Shown: positions 1 through 12,680 of the stretch, one piece after another | Layout of the letters: every line of letters begins with the position of its first letter | Numbering within the stretch: the stretch's first letter is position 1 | Origin: the human T2T-CHM13v2.0 reference genome, Homo sapiens | Reading direction: 5' to 3' (one strand) | Assembly (NCBI RefSeq): GCF_009914755.1 | Contig: NC_060942.1 | DNA: 64,000 nt | Notes under the pieces: generated by a model | The model's input: the letters and a program-made list of their open reading frames with translations, nothing else | What the model was told of the DNA's origin: nothing | Databases searched by the model: none | Translations under genes and position numbers: made by a program

Positions 1-760
1 TGGGCCATAGCTAGCGCCAGTTGTGTTCATGTCCATCTTGCCTTCTTTGCAGCCAAGCAGTTTTGTGTAGCAGGACTTACCTGCATGCCCCAGGGGTCTT
101 TTAGGATTCAGGATTACTTTTCTTTTATAATGGTTTCCTCTCGGCAGAGCCTGGGTTGTGGAGGATCTGTGTGGCATTCCCAATGCAGATCCATCCCCAG
201 GGTCTCCTGGGCAGGGATGGCCGAGTCCCTTCCCCTCCCAAGAGAACCCTGCTCTGTCCTGAGGGCAGAGCCCAGGCACACGTTGCCTCTTCCACAGAAG
301 GAGTTTATACCAAAACCACAAGCAAAAAACAAAACAGACCACCACCACCAACAATGAAGATGGGAGAATAAGGGTTTTCTAAAGTTTCTGTTAAGTTCAT
401 ATTTTTGTATCATTTTGCCTATAAATGTGGTATTTGCCATGGGAATTTGAAGACAAATGATCTATGTATTTATGGTTTTCTAGGGAAGGTGCCCTGGGGG
501 CTGGGCTCTCTCCAGCTTTGGGAAGCCAGCTCCCTCTGGGGGGCACCGTGAGCAGGATGGGGGGGCCCTGATAGGCGCTTCTTGCCAAATGCAGATGAGC
601 GGTCAGCCTGCCAGTGTTTGCAACGTTCCTGCACGACGGGTTCGTGTTTTCTGAGGATCGTGATGATATAGGACATCTGAATCTTTGTACAAATGTGTAG
701 ATGACATCTTGCTGCAGCTTTTATTTGCGAATAAAGATGCATTGATGCTTCAAAAAAAAA
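1..760 (+). pseudogene. 3' end (3'UTR portion) of a probable processed pseudogene/retrocopy, truncated by the window start; parent gene not identified
   Basis: UTR-like unique sequence with more CpGs than its flanks. It ends in AATAAA (730-735), followed 16 nt later by a genomic A9 tract (752-760) that degrades into GAA repeats. The 5' target-site duplication would lie outside the window. Confidence 0.75.
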
Positions 761-790
761 GAAGAAGAAGAAGAGGAAGAAGAAGAGGAA
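761..790 (+). repeat. Imperfect (GAA)n/(GAG) tract derived from the retrocopy poly(A) tail
   Basis: gaagaagaagaagaggaagaagaagaggaa directly follows A9. Confidence 0.85.
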
Positions 791-3639
791 GTCAGAGTAG
801 GGCAGGCAGCCTGCAAGTACATTTCCTTTTTTCCTTTCTTCTCCCTTAGGTCAACACTCCCAGACCCCAACACTGAAGAACTCACCTTCATATTCCTCCC
901 ACCCCGCCATTGTGGTGCCTTTTATCCTGGGATTCCCATTGCTGGGCCTTTGTCAGTTGACTTGTGGAGAATGCACAGGGTTCTTCTGCAAACAGTGTCA
1001 CCTGTGATTTTCAGTATTAATGGTCATAAATAATCATAGTCCTAGAATCCATTCTTTTCCACAATCACGCAGCTGTGACTGGGCTTTTGGGCTGGACTCA
1101 GTGCCAGTCCCGCATACTCCTCACTTCCATTTCTCAGTGGACGTACATAATTATTGTCCTTTCCTGGAGCATTGTTGTTATTGTTGTTGTTTTTTAAATA
1201 TGTGCTCTCTCTATGTATAGACCCTAAAATGACGTAATATGGATTTTCATTTTCCTTTGAGGTGGGTGCATCTCAAGGGAGCCCAACACCCTGCTCTTCC
1301 TATTCCAGAGAGAGCAGGGAATTCCCCTCAGATCCCCAGGAGGACATGTGTCTTCTATGCACTCCCCTAGACTCCTTTCTGAGGACAGACGGGTGAATCT
1401 GGGAGAAGGCAATGAGTAGGGCAGGCTCAGCCCTTCCTTTTTCAATGAGTGTCCTATTCTGAGGACCCTCAAGGTCACCTGCCCCTGTGGTAGGCCAGTG
1501 GCCATTCTTAGAACTGCCTGGAGCCCTTCAGGCTGCAGATGCAAGGCCGGTTCTGTCATGAGCTGTCTCAGTGGTAAGGCTTTATCCATCTGCTGTGCCT
1601 GTTTTCCCATCTGCTTCTAATCCAGGAGGCAAAAATCAGTGTTATCTGTGGACCCAGGAAGCCCCACAGAGAGATCCTCCCTAGACTGGGCTCCGGCATT
1701 GAGGCTTTGGGTATTTTAGCCCCAGTCCTGCTCTGTAGGTATGGAGCTGAATTGTCAAGCAGCCTAGACAGATGAGCTGGGTCCAGAGGTGATAGGGGGA
1801 CGTGTCCACTGGGCAGGTGACAGGCAGCTGCTCCTGCTTTTCTTCCCTATGCAGTGAGTGATTCTGGCTTGGAGGAGCATGGCTGTGCTGAGCTAAATTA
1901 AAACTGGAGGTGCCCTGAGCTTTGTTCTTTTTAAGGCCATAGTATTCCAGGTTAAAGATAGGAGTGAGTCTAAAATAAAATGTGACTCTGTTTGGGGTGT
2001 GCAGCCAGATGCCTCGTTGGTGCCTGCTGTTCTGGAGGAGACAGAGCCTGTTCTGGTGCTGGGTCCTGCTCTGGCATGCACCCTGTCCTTGTGCTGAGCT
2101 CTGCTGGTTTTGATTTTCTGCAAGCACATTCTGTACCTGGATTTTTTTCAGAAAACACTTTTTTTGAATAATGTAACAAACGTGAGGCAATTTAAGACCT
2201 CACACTCTGACCTCTGTGACTTGGTGTGTCAAGGCATGAACAAGTGATGGTTTTGAGATGTGTATATTTGAAGCAAACTTGCTTTAAGAAAACTTCCTAC
2301 CTGAGTGACTGATGTAACAGACCCACACTTAACACATGATGATGGTCCTGTTACGCCTGGAGTGATTCTCCACTCCCTTGAAGGGGAAGTAGGAAGTTAT
2401 TAAACCGTCAGACTCTTGGGGGTGGGGAGAAATAACGAGTGGTCCACATGGATCAATCACCTGTAATCCGTAAATGAATCCAACCTGGAAAGATCAAGTA
2501 TTTACCTGTATGGACAGGTATGCACTGCCTTAGTTTTCTTTCCTCTTGCCCCAGAAAGATAGTCCATGAATATTCACCAGAAAGTGATCGTTGTCTCCGA
2601 TGGGTAATTAGGATTGAAGGGGCAGAAAGCCCAGCACTCCAACTGTAGGCACCAGTCAGAATTCTGCTGCTTTTGCTGGAGCATCTCTTCATAAGCATAA
2701 GGCCAGGTTTCATCTAATGCTGCCAACACTGTGTGAAGGGCACACTTCACTGTCACCAGGTGCAGACCTGCAGTTTGCTGAAGGGTCAGAGACATTCCAT
2801 GGAGGGACCATAGGGGCACCTAGTGTCTGGGGGGCAAAGTGTACCCACTTTTAAAGGGGGTGGCTCATGGAACAGGGAGAGGCCATTTTTCTTAGGATTG
2901 GTCTGTTCCTGGACAGATGCCAGGATCCCTGTTTCTTCAGGGGTGCTTGCAGGTGCCTGGAGTCCAGACAGGGATCCCTTGGCCTGGCTGGGGTAGCCTT
3001 GTTCATGGGAATTTTTTCTCGATGATAGGAGGGTCCTACAGGGGATATACCATAGCCAGTGGTAAGTTCAGGGAATTAGAGCTCAGGAAATTCAAGGCCT
3101 ACAACTGCAGTGAGTGAGGCACATACTGGATCTTAGCAATGTCCTGGAAGCCTGGGGTTTGTAACCAGACATGCCTGGCTGAGCCCTGGGTTTACCACTC
3201 AGCAGCTGTGTGACCTTAAGTAGGACCCTTGTCTCAGGTGACTCTTGTAATCTTCCTAGGCCTCAGGTGACTCTTGTAAAGGGCATGGTTGGTCATCGTG
3301 TGCACACCTTACAGGGTGGGTTGGAGGCCTGGATGAGATGATGAGACACCTCCTGCCCCTCCAGCTTTCGTTCTGCTGGTGGCTTTCCAGACAAACCATG
3401 TGGCCCCCTGACTGTGTTGGTGCCTCCCCTGTGTCTGCTGACTCCTACTCAATTCTTAGGCTCTGCTCAAATGTCTCCCCATGCCACAGGGAAAATGGCT
3501 TGTGGTCTTCTTTGTCCCCCACAGCTGAGATGGGGCATGTAAAGCACTTGTCATAGGCCCTGTGGCATGCTGTGCTCACCGCACACGTAAGCTCTGGCTG
3601 TCCTGCCCAGTGGCACTGGACCCTGGTGTAGCGGGGTGG

Positions 3640-3850
3640 ACTTTGGAGCTGGCCCTCCTGGTTCATACCCTGGCACCACCACTTAGAGGCTGCATGACCT
3701 TGAGCAGGCGATTTCTCACCAGCTCCATTTTCTTACCTGTAAAATGAGACAGTCATAGGGTTTTGGGGGGTTAAATGAGTGAATTCATGCCAGGTGCCCA
3801 GAACCCCCACCCAGCACAGAGTAAGCACTGTGCATGGGGTAGCTATAATT
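3640..3850 (+). mobile_element. MIR SINE (another degraded MIR fragment at ~3170-3330)
   Basis: MIR core: gctgcatgaccttgagcagg...ttttcttacctgtaaaatgag...ggttaaatgag...agcacagagtaagcact. Confidence 0.75.
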
Positions 3851-4023
3851 GGCTTCCCTAGCACAATGCATAACACATGATGGGTCTTAATATATCTATA
3901 TGAATAATAAGGCCAGCAGAGTGTGGGATTATAGTGAGAGCCGAGCTGAAATATCAGACTGTGGAGTCATCTTCCTTTTCTTCCCAAAACCCTCTCAAGT
4001 TTCCCTGAAGTGCTGATAACTTA

Positions 4024-4118
4024 TAGTGGCCAAAGCTGAACAGTGTCTGCTAAGAAAGCCCTCCCTGAGTAGTGGCCAAAGCTGAACTGTGTCTGCTAAG
4101 AAAGCCCTCCCTGAGTAG
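4024..4118. repeat. Tandem duplication of a 46-bp unit (2 copies, 1 mismatch)
   Basis: tagtggccaaagctgaac(a/t)gtgtctgctaagaaagccctccctgag at 4024-4069 and 4070-4115, followed by tag. Confidence 0.95.
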
Positions 4119-4901
4119 GGGACAGAGGAAAGTCTACTTCCTGCCCTCCCAGGCTCTGATCCTCAAGCTGCTGTCACTTAGAGACCTAGAGACATGGCAA
4201 GACTGTGTAGAGTGAGGACAGGACTTTCCTGGGGCCAAGCAGGGTATATCTCCTGCTTCCGCTTCGTCTGATCTTGTCTGTGTTTCATGCGCAGGCAGCT
4301 AATTTGTACCTCATAGATTCTTTTTCCTTTGGCTACTGTCATGGCAGATGGGAAAGGAGGTTTTAATGAATTAGTGTTTTCTTTTGGAGATTAGGCTTTC
4401 ATTATAAATATAACTGCTGACACACAGCCTTCTGGTACTTACATATCATTTGCCAATTAGGATAATGGACTGAGAAAGTCTCTTGGAAAGTGACATGGCC
4501 AAAGTGAAGCCTGTAACTCAGCTTAGGGTTTTGGTGAGTGAAGTCCTTTGCCAACTGGAAGCAACATATATTAAGTCTGCCCACAATATGCCTGTGCTTA
4601 GAGGTCTGAAAATATTCATGACCTTTGAGAAAGAAAGATTAAAATTAGTAGGCAGAAATGCTGCAGCCAGCTCCAGTTAGTTTGTGATGTGGTCATTCCA
4701 GAGTGTCTGCCATGCTGGCCACATGCTTCTGGGACGGCTGCAGGGCAGAAGGCTGCCTGCTTAATTTTAGAGTTAAACAAACGTAATGGCGAAAGCATTT
4801 ATGATGGATCTGAATCTGGTGTGGCATGCTGTGATATTTCCATCACTGCATTTAGGGGTCCAGATCTTCTGGACACTTTCTCTTTCCTTGTATTGTTCTC
4901 T

Positions 4902-5115
4902 CCAAGGTTTCTCCACCTTGACACAATTGACATTTGGGGCCAACACTTCTTTTTTGGTGGGGTTGTCCTGTGAATTGTAGGATTCTTGGTGGCATCCCTG
5001 GCTTTTACCCACTAGATGCCAGTTGCAATGCCCCTAATTGTGACAGCAAAAGATACTCCTAGACATTGCCGAATGTCCCTTTGAGGGCAAAAGTGGTTGC
5101 AGTTGAGAACTGCTG
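4902..5115 (+). mobile_element. MER20 (hAT-Charlie MITE)
   Basis: Matches the recalled MER20 consensus: attgacatttggggcc...gcatccctggc...cccactagatgccag...tgtgacagcaaaa...agacattgccgaatgtccc...gttgagaactgctg. Confidence 0.85.
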
Positions 5116-6764
5116 CTCTAGAGCTGGCCCCAAGACAGTCACAGAGGGACTAAGAAGCTGTCCGTAATCCCCACCAATTCAGGGTATTGGGCTACACAAA
5201 GGCAATCAGTCATTCATTTCCCCAGGAAACCATTCTCCTGGAGTCCCAGTTGTGTGCCCAACTAGACCTGGAGAATACAAAGGGGAGTGAAATGAGCCTA
5301 ATTCTCTAAGCAGCTTAAGGAAATGGGTGTTGTGATTGGGGCCAGAAGGCTTCCTCTTAAATTATACTGATCCTACTGCAGGGTTGATATTAGGGTCCCA
5401 AACTTCAGAAAACTCTGGGTTCTGATGGTTTCCTATGTGAGGGCAGGGAGCTAGTTAATCCACTTGGATCCACAAGCCCGGGGACTACAGATATATTAGT
5501 CTTAGGAAGGGACTTGGAAAGTGAGTGGCTTGATTAAAACTTAGAAGGGTTTATTTAAATAACAAGAAGGGGCTGAGGGAACCATGGGAGAAAAGACACA
5601 CAGATGAGCGTGAGCAGAATCAGAGTGAATTTGCTAACAAAGCAAATCCAACCTACTTGGGCAGATCAAGGAAGGAAAGAACACTGGTATGGGAGTAGGG
5701 GAGTGAGAAATATCAGGCTGAGTGAGGGAGACCTGGATTTTCTGAGCCGTCTCCTGGGGAGCATGCTATCTGTCTTATGGATTCATTGTTATGGTCAAAC
5801 AAGATAATATCAATTTAAATATTGGGCTTCCCAGATGAAAGTCATTATTAAGGTCATCGTGTAGACAGTCTTCACAAGCAGACATTGAGATTTTTACTTT
5901 ACAAAATAGAAAATAAGGAATCATTGACATGAGATTTTGAGCAGGGGAGAATATTCTGGAAATGGCATATAGAATTAATTGGATGGGAAGGAGCCAAGAG
6001 GAAAGAGCGGTATAGCTGGCCAACAACCATCCCCACCCCGCAGCACTAGATGGGGACCACCCACCATGCATGTTTTGAAAACCTAGGATTTTTACTGTGA
6101 ACTTACAGATCTAAGTGTATTTGATGGGTTTCAATCAGTTGCACTTAATGTACTTGAAGTTTGAGTTGTCCCATTTTTGGCCACTGGAACCCAAGGAGGC
6201 TTCTGAATCATCACGGGTGTTCTCTTTAGCTTCCTCTCTTAGTGGTAGAGCAAGATGTTTCAGTTCATCTTATGCATCACTTGCCCCAGGCCTGTAATCA
6301 ACTATGTCTCTAGGAAGCCCAGTTTGTTGTTGTTGTTGTCGTTAATAGAAAACATTTCAAAACTGCAATTTGAGTGCTGCAGATGTTCACTGCTACTGGA
6401 TTGTCATAGTTTCTGAGCCTCCTCAATGGGAGAAGCTGGGAGATACGTGTTGTATACATGTATATTTATTTACCTAGGATAAAGTAGCTCATGAGAGCAT
6501 ACTAATACTTCAAATTCAAGTTCTGTGCTACAAGGTTTTTACATAGTCTCTTCTATATTACACCCTCATCTTGTTTCTCTACCCCTACATGTCCAGGTTA
6601 TCAAGAACACAAGAGTGGATAGAATTAGAATATCCCATATTTACCCACTTAAATTTATATCACACTCAGAGAAATATCAGAATAACAGTACTACCACCAT
6701 CAATATAACTACTGAGAACAGTTTAGGTTTTTTTTTTTCTTTTTTTGTGTGTTTGCTCTTCTCA

Positions 6765-6920
<156 letters not shown>

Positions 6921-7149
6921 TCAGAATGCATAGCCATTGTAAACTATACTCACTTCACTTTAGCTGTCATTTTCTCTTAGTTCTGCAGGTTTCTTCATGT
7001 TTAAAGTTCACCATCAATCTTTATGTTGATATCTTTCTAGTCATTTTGTGTGTCTGAAACTCATTCTCGAGTTGGGGAGTCTTTGATGTAAAAAAATGTT
7101 TTCATAATAATTCTTTTTTTTCATAATAATTCTAAGATGGTATTTTCCT

Positions 7150-7540
7150 TTTATTTATTCCCCTCTTTCATTCTCACATGAGTGCATGGAGTTTTCCAGA
7201 ACCTCTGTGACTTGTGATATCACAACAAATTAAGTGTATAACAGATATGTGAGTCTGGCTGTTACTAAGAGAAATATTAAAAGGATTTACAAAAATAAAA
7301 GCAGTGTTACTCTTATGAATTTTTTTGTTTGAGAAAATAGTTATTTTTTCTAAAATATGTTGTATGTACATTAGCACATACTGGGTTTGCTATTTTTGAT
7401 TAATTCATAAAGAATTAAAAATTTCTGTTTCAACTTCTAAGAGGTAATTTGTCTGTAGATATTACCCACATAAACACAGCTCTTTGGGATCCTAAATAAA
7501 TTGAAGAGGGTAAGGAGTCAGAAAAAATTTGAGGACCCTC
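7150..7540 (+). mobile_element. Charlie1-family hAT DNA transposon, 3' end
   Basis: catgagtgcatggagttttccaga...tgtgatatcacaaca...cccacataaacacagctctttgggatcc...aaatttgaggacc resembles the recalled Charlie1 terminus. Confidence 0.75.
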
Positions 7541-9329
7541 CTTCTAGTAGATTCTTTAGAAAGGTCTCTGAAATTTTGCACGTTAACAGTTTATTGGTAT
7601 GCTTTATAAGATTTTTGCCATGTATAATATCCTTGGCCAACATTTTATGTCCTTGTTACTGCATTTTTTCGTATATAAAGTATTGCTTTTGAAAAGTCTG
7701 ATGATAATAAGCTTTTATGTCCCTTGTTATTTTTGCCTAAAAGATTTATTTTTTTCTGTAAAGTCCAGTAATTAGACTGTGTCTTGGTATAGGTCTTTCT
7801 GAGTCAGTATCCTCAAATACATGGGGGATCTTTTATGTGGTTTCAAATTATATATAAAATTTTAGGAAAGTTTTCTTATAGTTTTCAATATTCTATTCCT
7901 TTGCTTTGGTTCACCTTGTTTCAGGGACCCCTGTTAGGTGTGTGTTAGACCTTCTTTGCCTACCTGCAGTGATTCTGTTTCTCTTGAATCACTTTTGTCA
8001 TTTCTTTTTGATTTGAAAAAATGTCCCCCTTTAACTTTCTGCATCTCTTGAAGCATTATTATTATTGTGTTTATTTAGTTTTCTGTCCTAGTTTATCATT
8101 TCTTTAATGACTTTTCATTTATTTAAATTCAAATGATATTCTTGAGTTCTGTTCATTTCATTTCTGTTTTTCTAATTCTGATTTATGTTCTTAGCTTGTA
8201 TCTCTTATTTTGAAAAGGTAGGTTATAAATTTGATTTTAGGTATGACTTTAGGTACAATTTAGGTGTGATTTTAGGCACTTTAGCTATGACTTTTTGACA
8301 TGCTTTAATTGTCTGTACAGATGTTATTAAACTCCTTATTCTCTTCTTCCTTATAATAATTCTGTATGAAATTTGACCTTGATATTTTTATGTTGCTCAT
8401 TTTTATATAAAATCAGTTTTCTTGAACTTTTAGCAGGAGGCTTGGTTCACATTTTTTTTTTAACTTCACAGACATCTATTGTTTTAGCATAGGGTTTAGA
8501 AACATGACTGATTGCATTCTGAGATTTCTTGTCTCTATTCTTGTCTCTCACTTTTATTTTGAGCATTTCTTTCCTTTATATTACTGCTCCACTATTTCTG
8601 AGTTTTAATTCCACTCCCAGCAGTTTCTCCTATCCTGGAAGGAATCCCTGGGGGCCAGTTTTAAGAATTCATAGAAGCTAGATTGCTACAGATCTTTTAG
8701 TCCAAACCATGGGACCATTGACTTACCTAGCATTAGATTGGTCAATACCCCTCTCAGTTTCAGCTGCTGTTCTCAAATGAGCCTAATATACTCTCCAGTG
8801 AATATCTGCTGGTTATTTTGGCTTCTCCTGTTCTCAGGTCTGTCAGATGTCTCATTGTTTCCCTCTACTCTCTGCTGAACAGATAATAATAGCATGCATA
8901 TCTCAGGCTGTTGGTGGTTTGTCCTTCTACCCTTTTATTTTAGTGTTTGTAGAAATTGTTTTTACCCATTTGTATTTTGACATTTTTCATTTTATAAATA
9001 TTGCTTATGGTGCTTTTGTTTTGCTTTCTGGTTGCTTTTTTAAAGGATGGGTTTTAGATACTAAAAACTATTTTGAGATTCACACACATTTGTAACAAGT
9101 AGTATAGAGACCCCATATGCTCTTCACCCATTATTTGTTATATTTTAATGTAGATTTATATAGAGATTCAAATAGTATGTCTCTGCCTCCATCTTTATAG
9201 AATCCTGTCTTTATTGGTGATTTTTAAGATAATTTCCTAAAAATGGTTACTTAGAATTCAGTTTACTTTTATATAATGAACTCCCAAAACAATAGGAAAT
9301 GCCTTCAAGAGAGAAGTGCCCTTTCCTAT

Positions 9330-9670
9330 CATGTAAAATTAGAAGACTAGGGGTCCGCACTCTAGGGCTAGTATGGTTGTTCCAGGGGGATCAGATTGAC
9401 TGCTTGAGTTTTAGGCATTACTTCTGCATTCTAGGCAGCAGAAAGGAGGGAGGGTTGATGAAGGACTTGCCCTATGCTCTTAAGAGGCTTTCTGGAAGTT
9501 TACTGGAACATTTCTGTTTACATGTTATTGGACAGAATTTAGTCATGTGGATACAGGTAGCTGCTAAGGAGTCATGGAACTGAATGGTTTTATCTGGCTA
9601 CTAGGCTACCCAAAGAAACACTGGGGTTCTTCTAGTAAGAAGGAGAGAGTGGATATTTTAATAGGCAACC
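9330..9670. mobile_element. Degraded MLT1-type MaLR LTR
   Basis: ttctgtttacatgttattggacagaatttagtcatgtgg...gctgctaagga is typical of old MLT1 LTRs. Confidence 0.55.
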
Positions 9671-12017
9671 CAGAAATGAATGGGTTTTTCCTGCTGTATT
9701 CTTGAACACAAACGTGAATAAATATGCAGGAAGTTAAAAGGATATTTTGAGTATGATTTTAATCTTAACATATTTTTCTCATTACATTTATGCTGTTCTG
9801 CAAATGAAAACAATTCAGTGCTATGAATTGAACTATTTGCACCATATCTTGGGATGCTGATGGCATCTCAGTGCAGATCTTTAGTCTCTTGGCAGTAGCA
9901 GTAGGTGGAGAGAGATGTTTCTCCTTCCTGCCTTTCTAGCAATACTTCCTAAGATGCTGTCTTTTAAGTGTGGTAATAAGCTGCTTTCAGTTCTTTTGGA
10001 TATATACCCAAGCATGGAATTGCTGGATCATGTTGTAATTCTATAACCACTGTTTTTTTCAGAAAGAAAATGCCGGCACTCAGTACTGGTTAGGATTCCA
10101 GTTGCAGTAGGTGCTCAGAGCCTGAGGGGAGTGGAGCTGTTGTGTAGTCTGAATGATTTGTTCCATTGTGATGGTCAGGGCATATCAGGAACAAGCCAGG
10201 GCAGGTGGGTGCCTGCTGTATGGTTGGTGCCCTGTGCATGCCTAGGCAGAGCTTTAAGCGAGTGGTCAGTGTAATCCCACTCATTCACATGTGCTTTGCG
10301 TTCCCTTCAACCTTTGTTCCAAGTTCCAATTTACCAAAATAGGTAAAAGTCTGCCTATTTTCCATGATGCAGGTACATTGTATGTCTGTGACCCCCTCTA
10401 AAGGGATGTTTTTGGGTACATTTCAGTGTGTTGTGAGGAGGGAGGTATAGGACAGGGATGGGGGGGATCTGAGGAGAAATATGTGTGGCATGTGGGAAGG
10501 CTGGGATCCCCTGTCTTTTGGTCTGGCTGGTGTTGAGACTAGCTCTGAACTCATTCTTCTGGGAGACAGTGTGAGATTTTTGTGATCTAGGACTTATTTG
10601 TCCAAAGCTGCCTATTTTCCAGGATTGGAGGAGAGTTTGGGTACCTTGTATCTGACATCAAGCAAGCAGAGATCTACGCCACCCTTCCAGGAAGGGGACA
10701 CTGCTGTTCTGAAAACAGGCCCATCACATTCCTTGGTGTTGATAATGGGGCACTGGAAGGTGTAGCTCAGGTGCTTCTCCTTTCCATGGCCCCAGATTGC
10801 TGGCCTGGCCCAATTTCAGTGTCCTGTTCGTTTGTCCCAAGGAGGGCAAGCATCTGGGGCAGGCTATGACTCATTATTTCAGCTCTGAACACGGCCATGC
10901 AAGGCCTTGCCCTTCCCAGCTTGCACCTATGGGTCTGTGAGCTGTCTCACTTGAGTACGACTAGACATGTATTTGAGTTTTCTGATGTGGATTAATCCTA
11001 AGTGTCCACACACAGATGTTATATGTGTCTTTTGTTTTGCAATTTGAAAGCTCCCTTAGGAGATCCTGTAGCAGTCTGTCTTTGAGGTCCCCATCTTGTC
11101 CCAGAGCTCCACTCTTATCTTGGTGGGTGACCCTGAGGAAGTGGCTCCTGGAGGCATTTTCTCCACCCCAGGCTGCCCTTGGGGCTCAGGGCATGCACCT
11201 TGCTGGTTTGGCTAGCCTTGTGCTCAGGTGCTCTAGGGCCTTCTAGCCCCCTCCGCTTTTCTTCTTGCTCCACATTTAGTATTGATGACCCTGCTGCAGA
11301 AGGCTCATTTGGTTTTAGAACATTATAGAGAGCTATTGCTGGGAATCCAGGATCAACTGTTTATAGCCACCGCCAGGAAGATGCTCTGAGCTCCCATCTT
11401 GCTGGGAGGAAGACCAAGTGAGTACACAGTTAGAGGACAGTTTTGAGTTTAGAGGCACGAGATGGCTGCTGGCCCAACAGGCCAGGCCTGAGGGTTCAGG
11501 CAGAATTTGACTTTGCTCCTTCTGAATCATAGAGTTCCTTCATTCACTGGGTGAAAATAAAAATGTAAGAATGTTCCCAAAAGCTGGACAGGAAGAGGGT
11601 GTGAGGTGTGGATCCTGGCCGCAGACATCTATCACCCCTCAGCTCCCCATGCATCTTTCTGTGAACTGAAATGTATTTCTCCAGCTCTGATTCTCAACAG
11701 TAGAGTTTATGGGTAATTTTAATTAGTTTTCAAGGTTTATTTTTGTATGTTTGTAGAGCCATGGAAAAAAATGAACTGGAAATGAAATATGCTGTTGAAT
11801 AAATGATAATTTTACATTCTAGAAGAGCTCAGTATTTAAGCAAGACCTTAAAAATAGAGTGAAAAAAGTAATTACTCCAATAAATTTTACCAAAAGAAAA
11901 ATAGAAACGTTGTTCTTTCCTGTTCCTCTTCTAAATGGAGAGGACAATGGTCTTGTAAGTCCAATTGGTTCCTGTCTGCCCCTACCCCCACAGCTCTTTC
12001 CTGGAGACCTCTAGGAC

Positions 12018-12130
12018 TTTCCACTCAAAGTGTGGTCCCCAGGCCAGCAGCATTGACATTACCTAGTTAGAAATGCAGAATCCCAGACCCCACCCAGAGG
12101 CTGAATTTTCCCTAGATCTCTGGGTGAACC
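12018..12130 (+). mobile_element. MER5A fragment
   Basis: ctcaaagtgtggtccccaggccagcagcattgacattacct...gttagaaatgcagaatcccagaccccacccag. Confidence 0.8.
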
Positions 12131-12680
12131 AGGTGAATCATGAGCGGTCTGAGAAGGAGACTGTGGTTGGTTTGAAGGAGTCCTCTATGAGATTGGGGCA
12201 GTGGCAGCTGTGGCCTGGGGAAGGGACCAAGAGGGTGGAGTTCTTCTCACTCAGTGCATCCACCAGAGCTGAGAGCAGGCCTTACCCTGGAACAGGGATG
12301 GAGGCTGGGAGCAGAGGTCTAACCAAAGGCAACCAGGAAGTGAGTGTCCACAGCCATCTCCTTTGGGATGGCATCCTCTTTTTCTCTCCATGGACAGAGG
12401 AGGAGAGGACCCATCCCGGAAGCAGAATAAGTGGTCACAAAAGAAAAAAAGGATCAGGATGGTGAAGACATTTGACATCGAGGAAGGAGAGTTATAGAAG
12501 GGAGATGGAGGAAAGTGTCGGTTGCTGGCTTCACTCTCTGTGCCTTTTATGTGAAAGTGCAAGGCTGACCTGTTGCTCTGGAGGGAGGGGTGGATCACTC
12601 TTGCATTCCAGGGAGCCACTGGACACTAGTTAGGGAGAAGGAGAGTTTGGCCAGCATTTTGCAGGACGTGATGCATGGCG

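Noticed and set aside
85-742. ORFs of 63-108 aa in the retrocopy region
   Set aside because: They overlap in several frames with no recognisable domain; the sequence behaves as 3'UTR.
1681-2190. Longest ORF in the track (169 aa, minus strand)
   Set aside because: No ATG start, no recognisable homology or exon structure; within chance expectation for 64 kb.
4024-4118. Possible CRISPR-like repeat
   Set aside because: Only two abutting copies, no spacers, and a eukaryotic context.
7099-7133. Short duplications: ttttcataataattct x2; also tgtgtaaagtg x2 (~23611-23632) and gttgaa(ac/ct)tattctg x2 (32687-32716)
   Set aside because: Short, AT-rich slippage products that are common in any genome.
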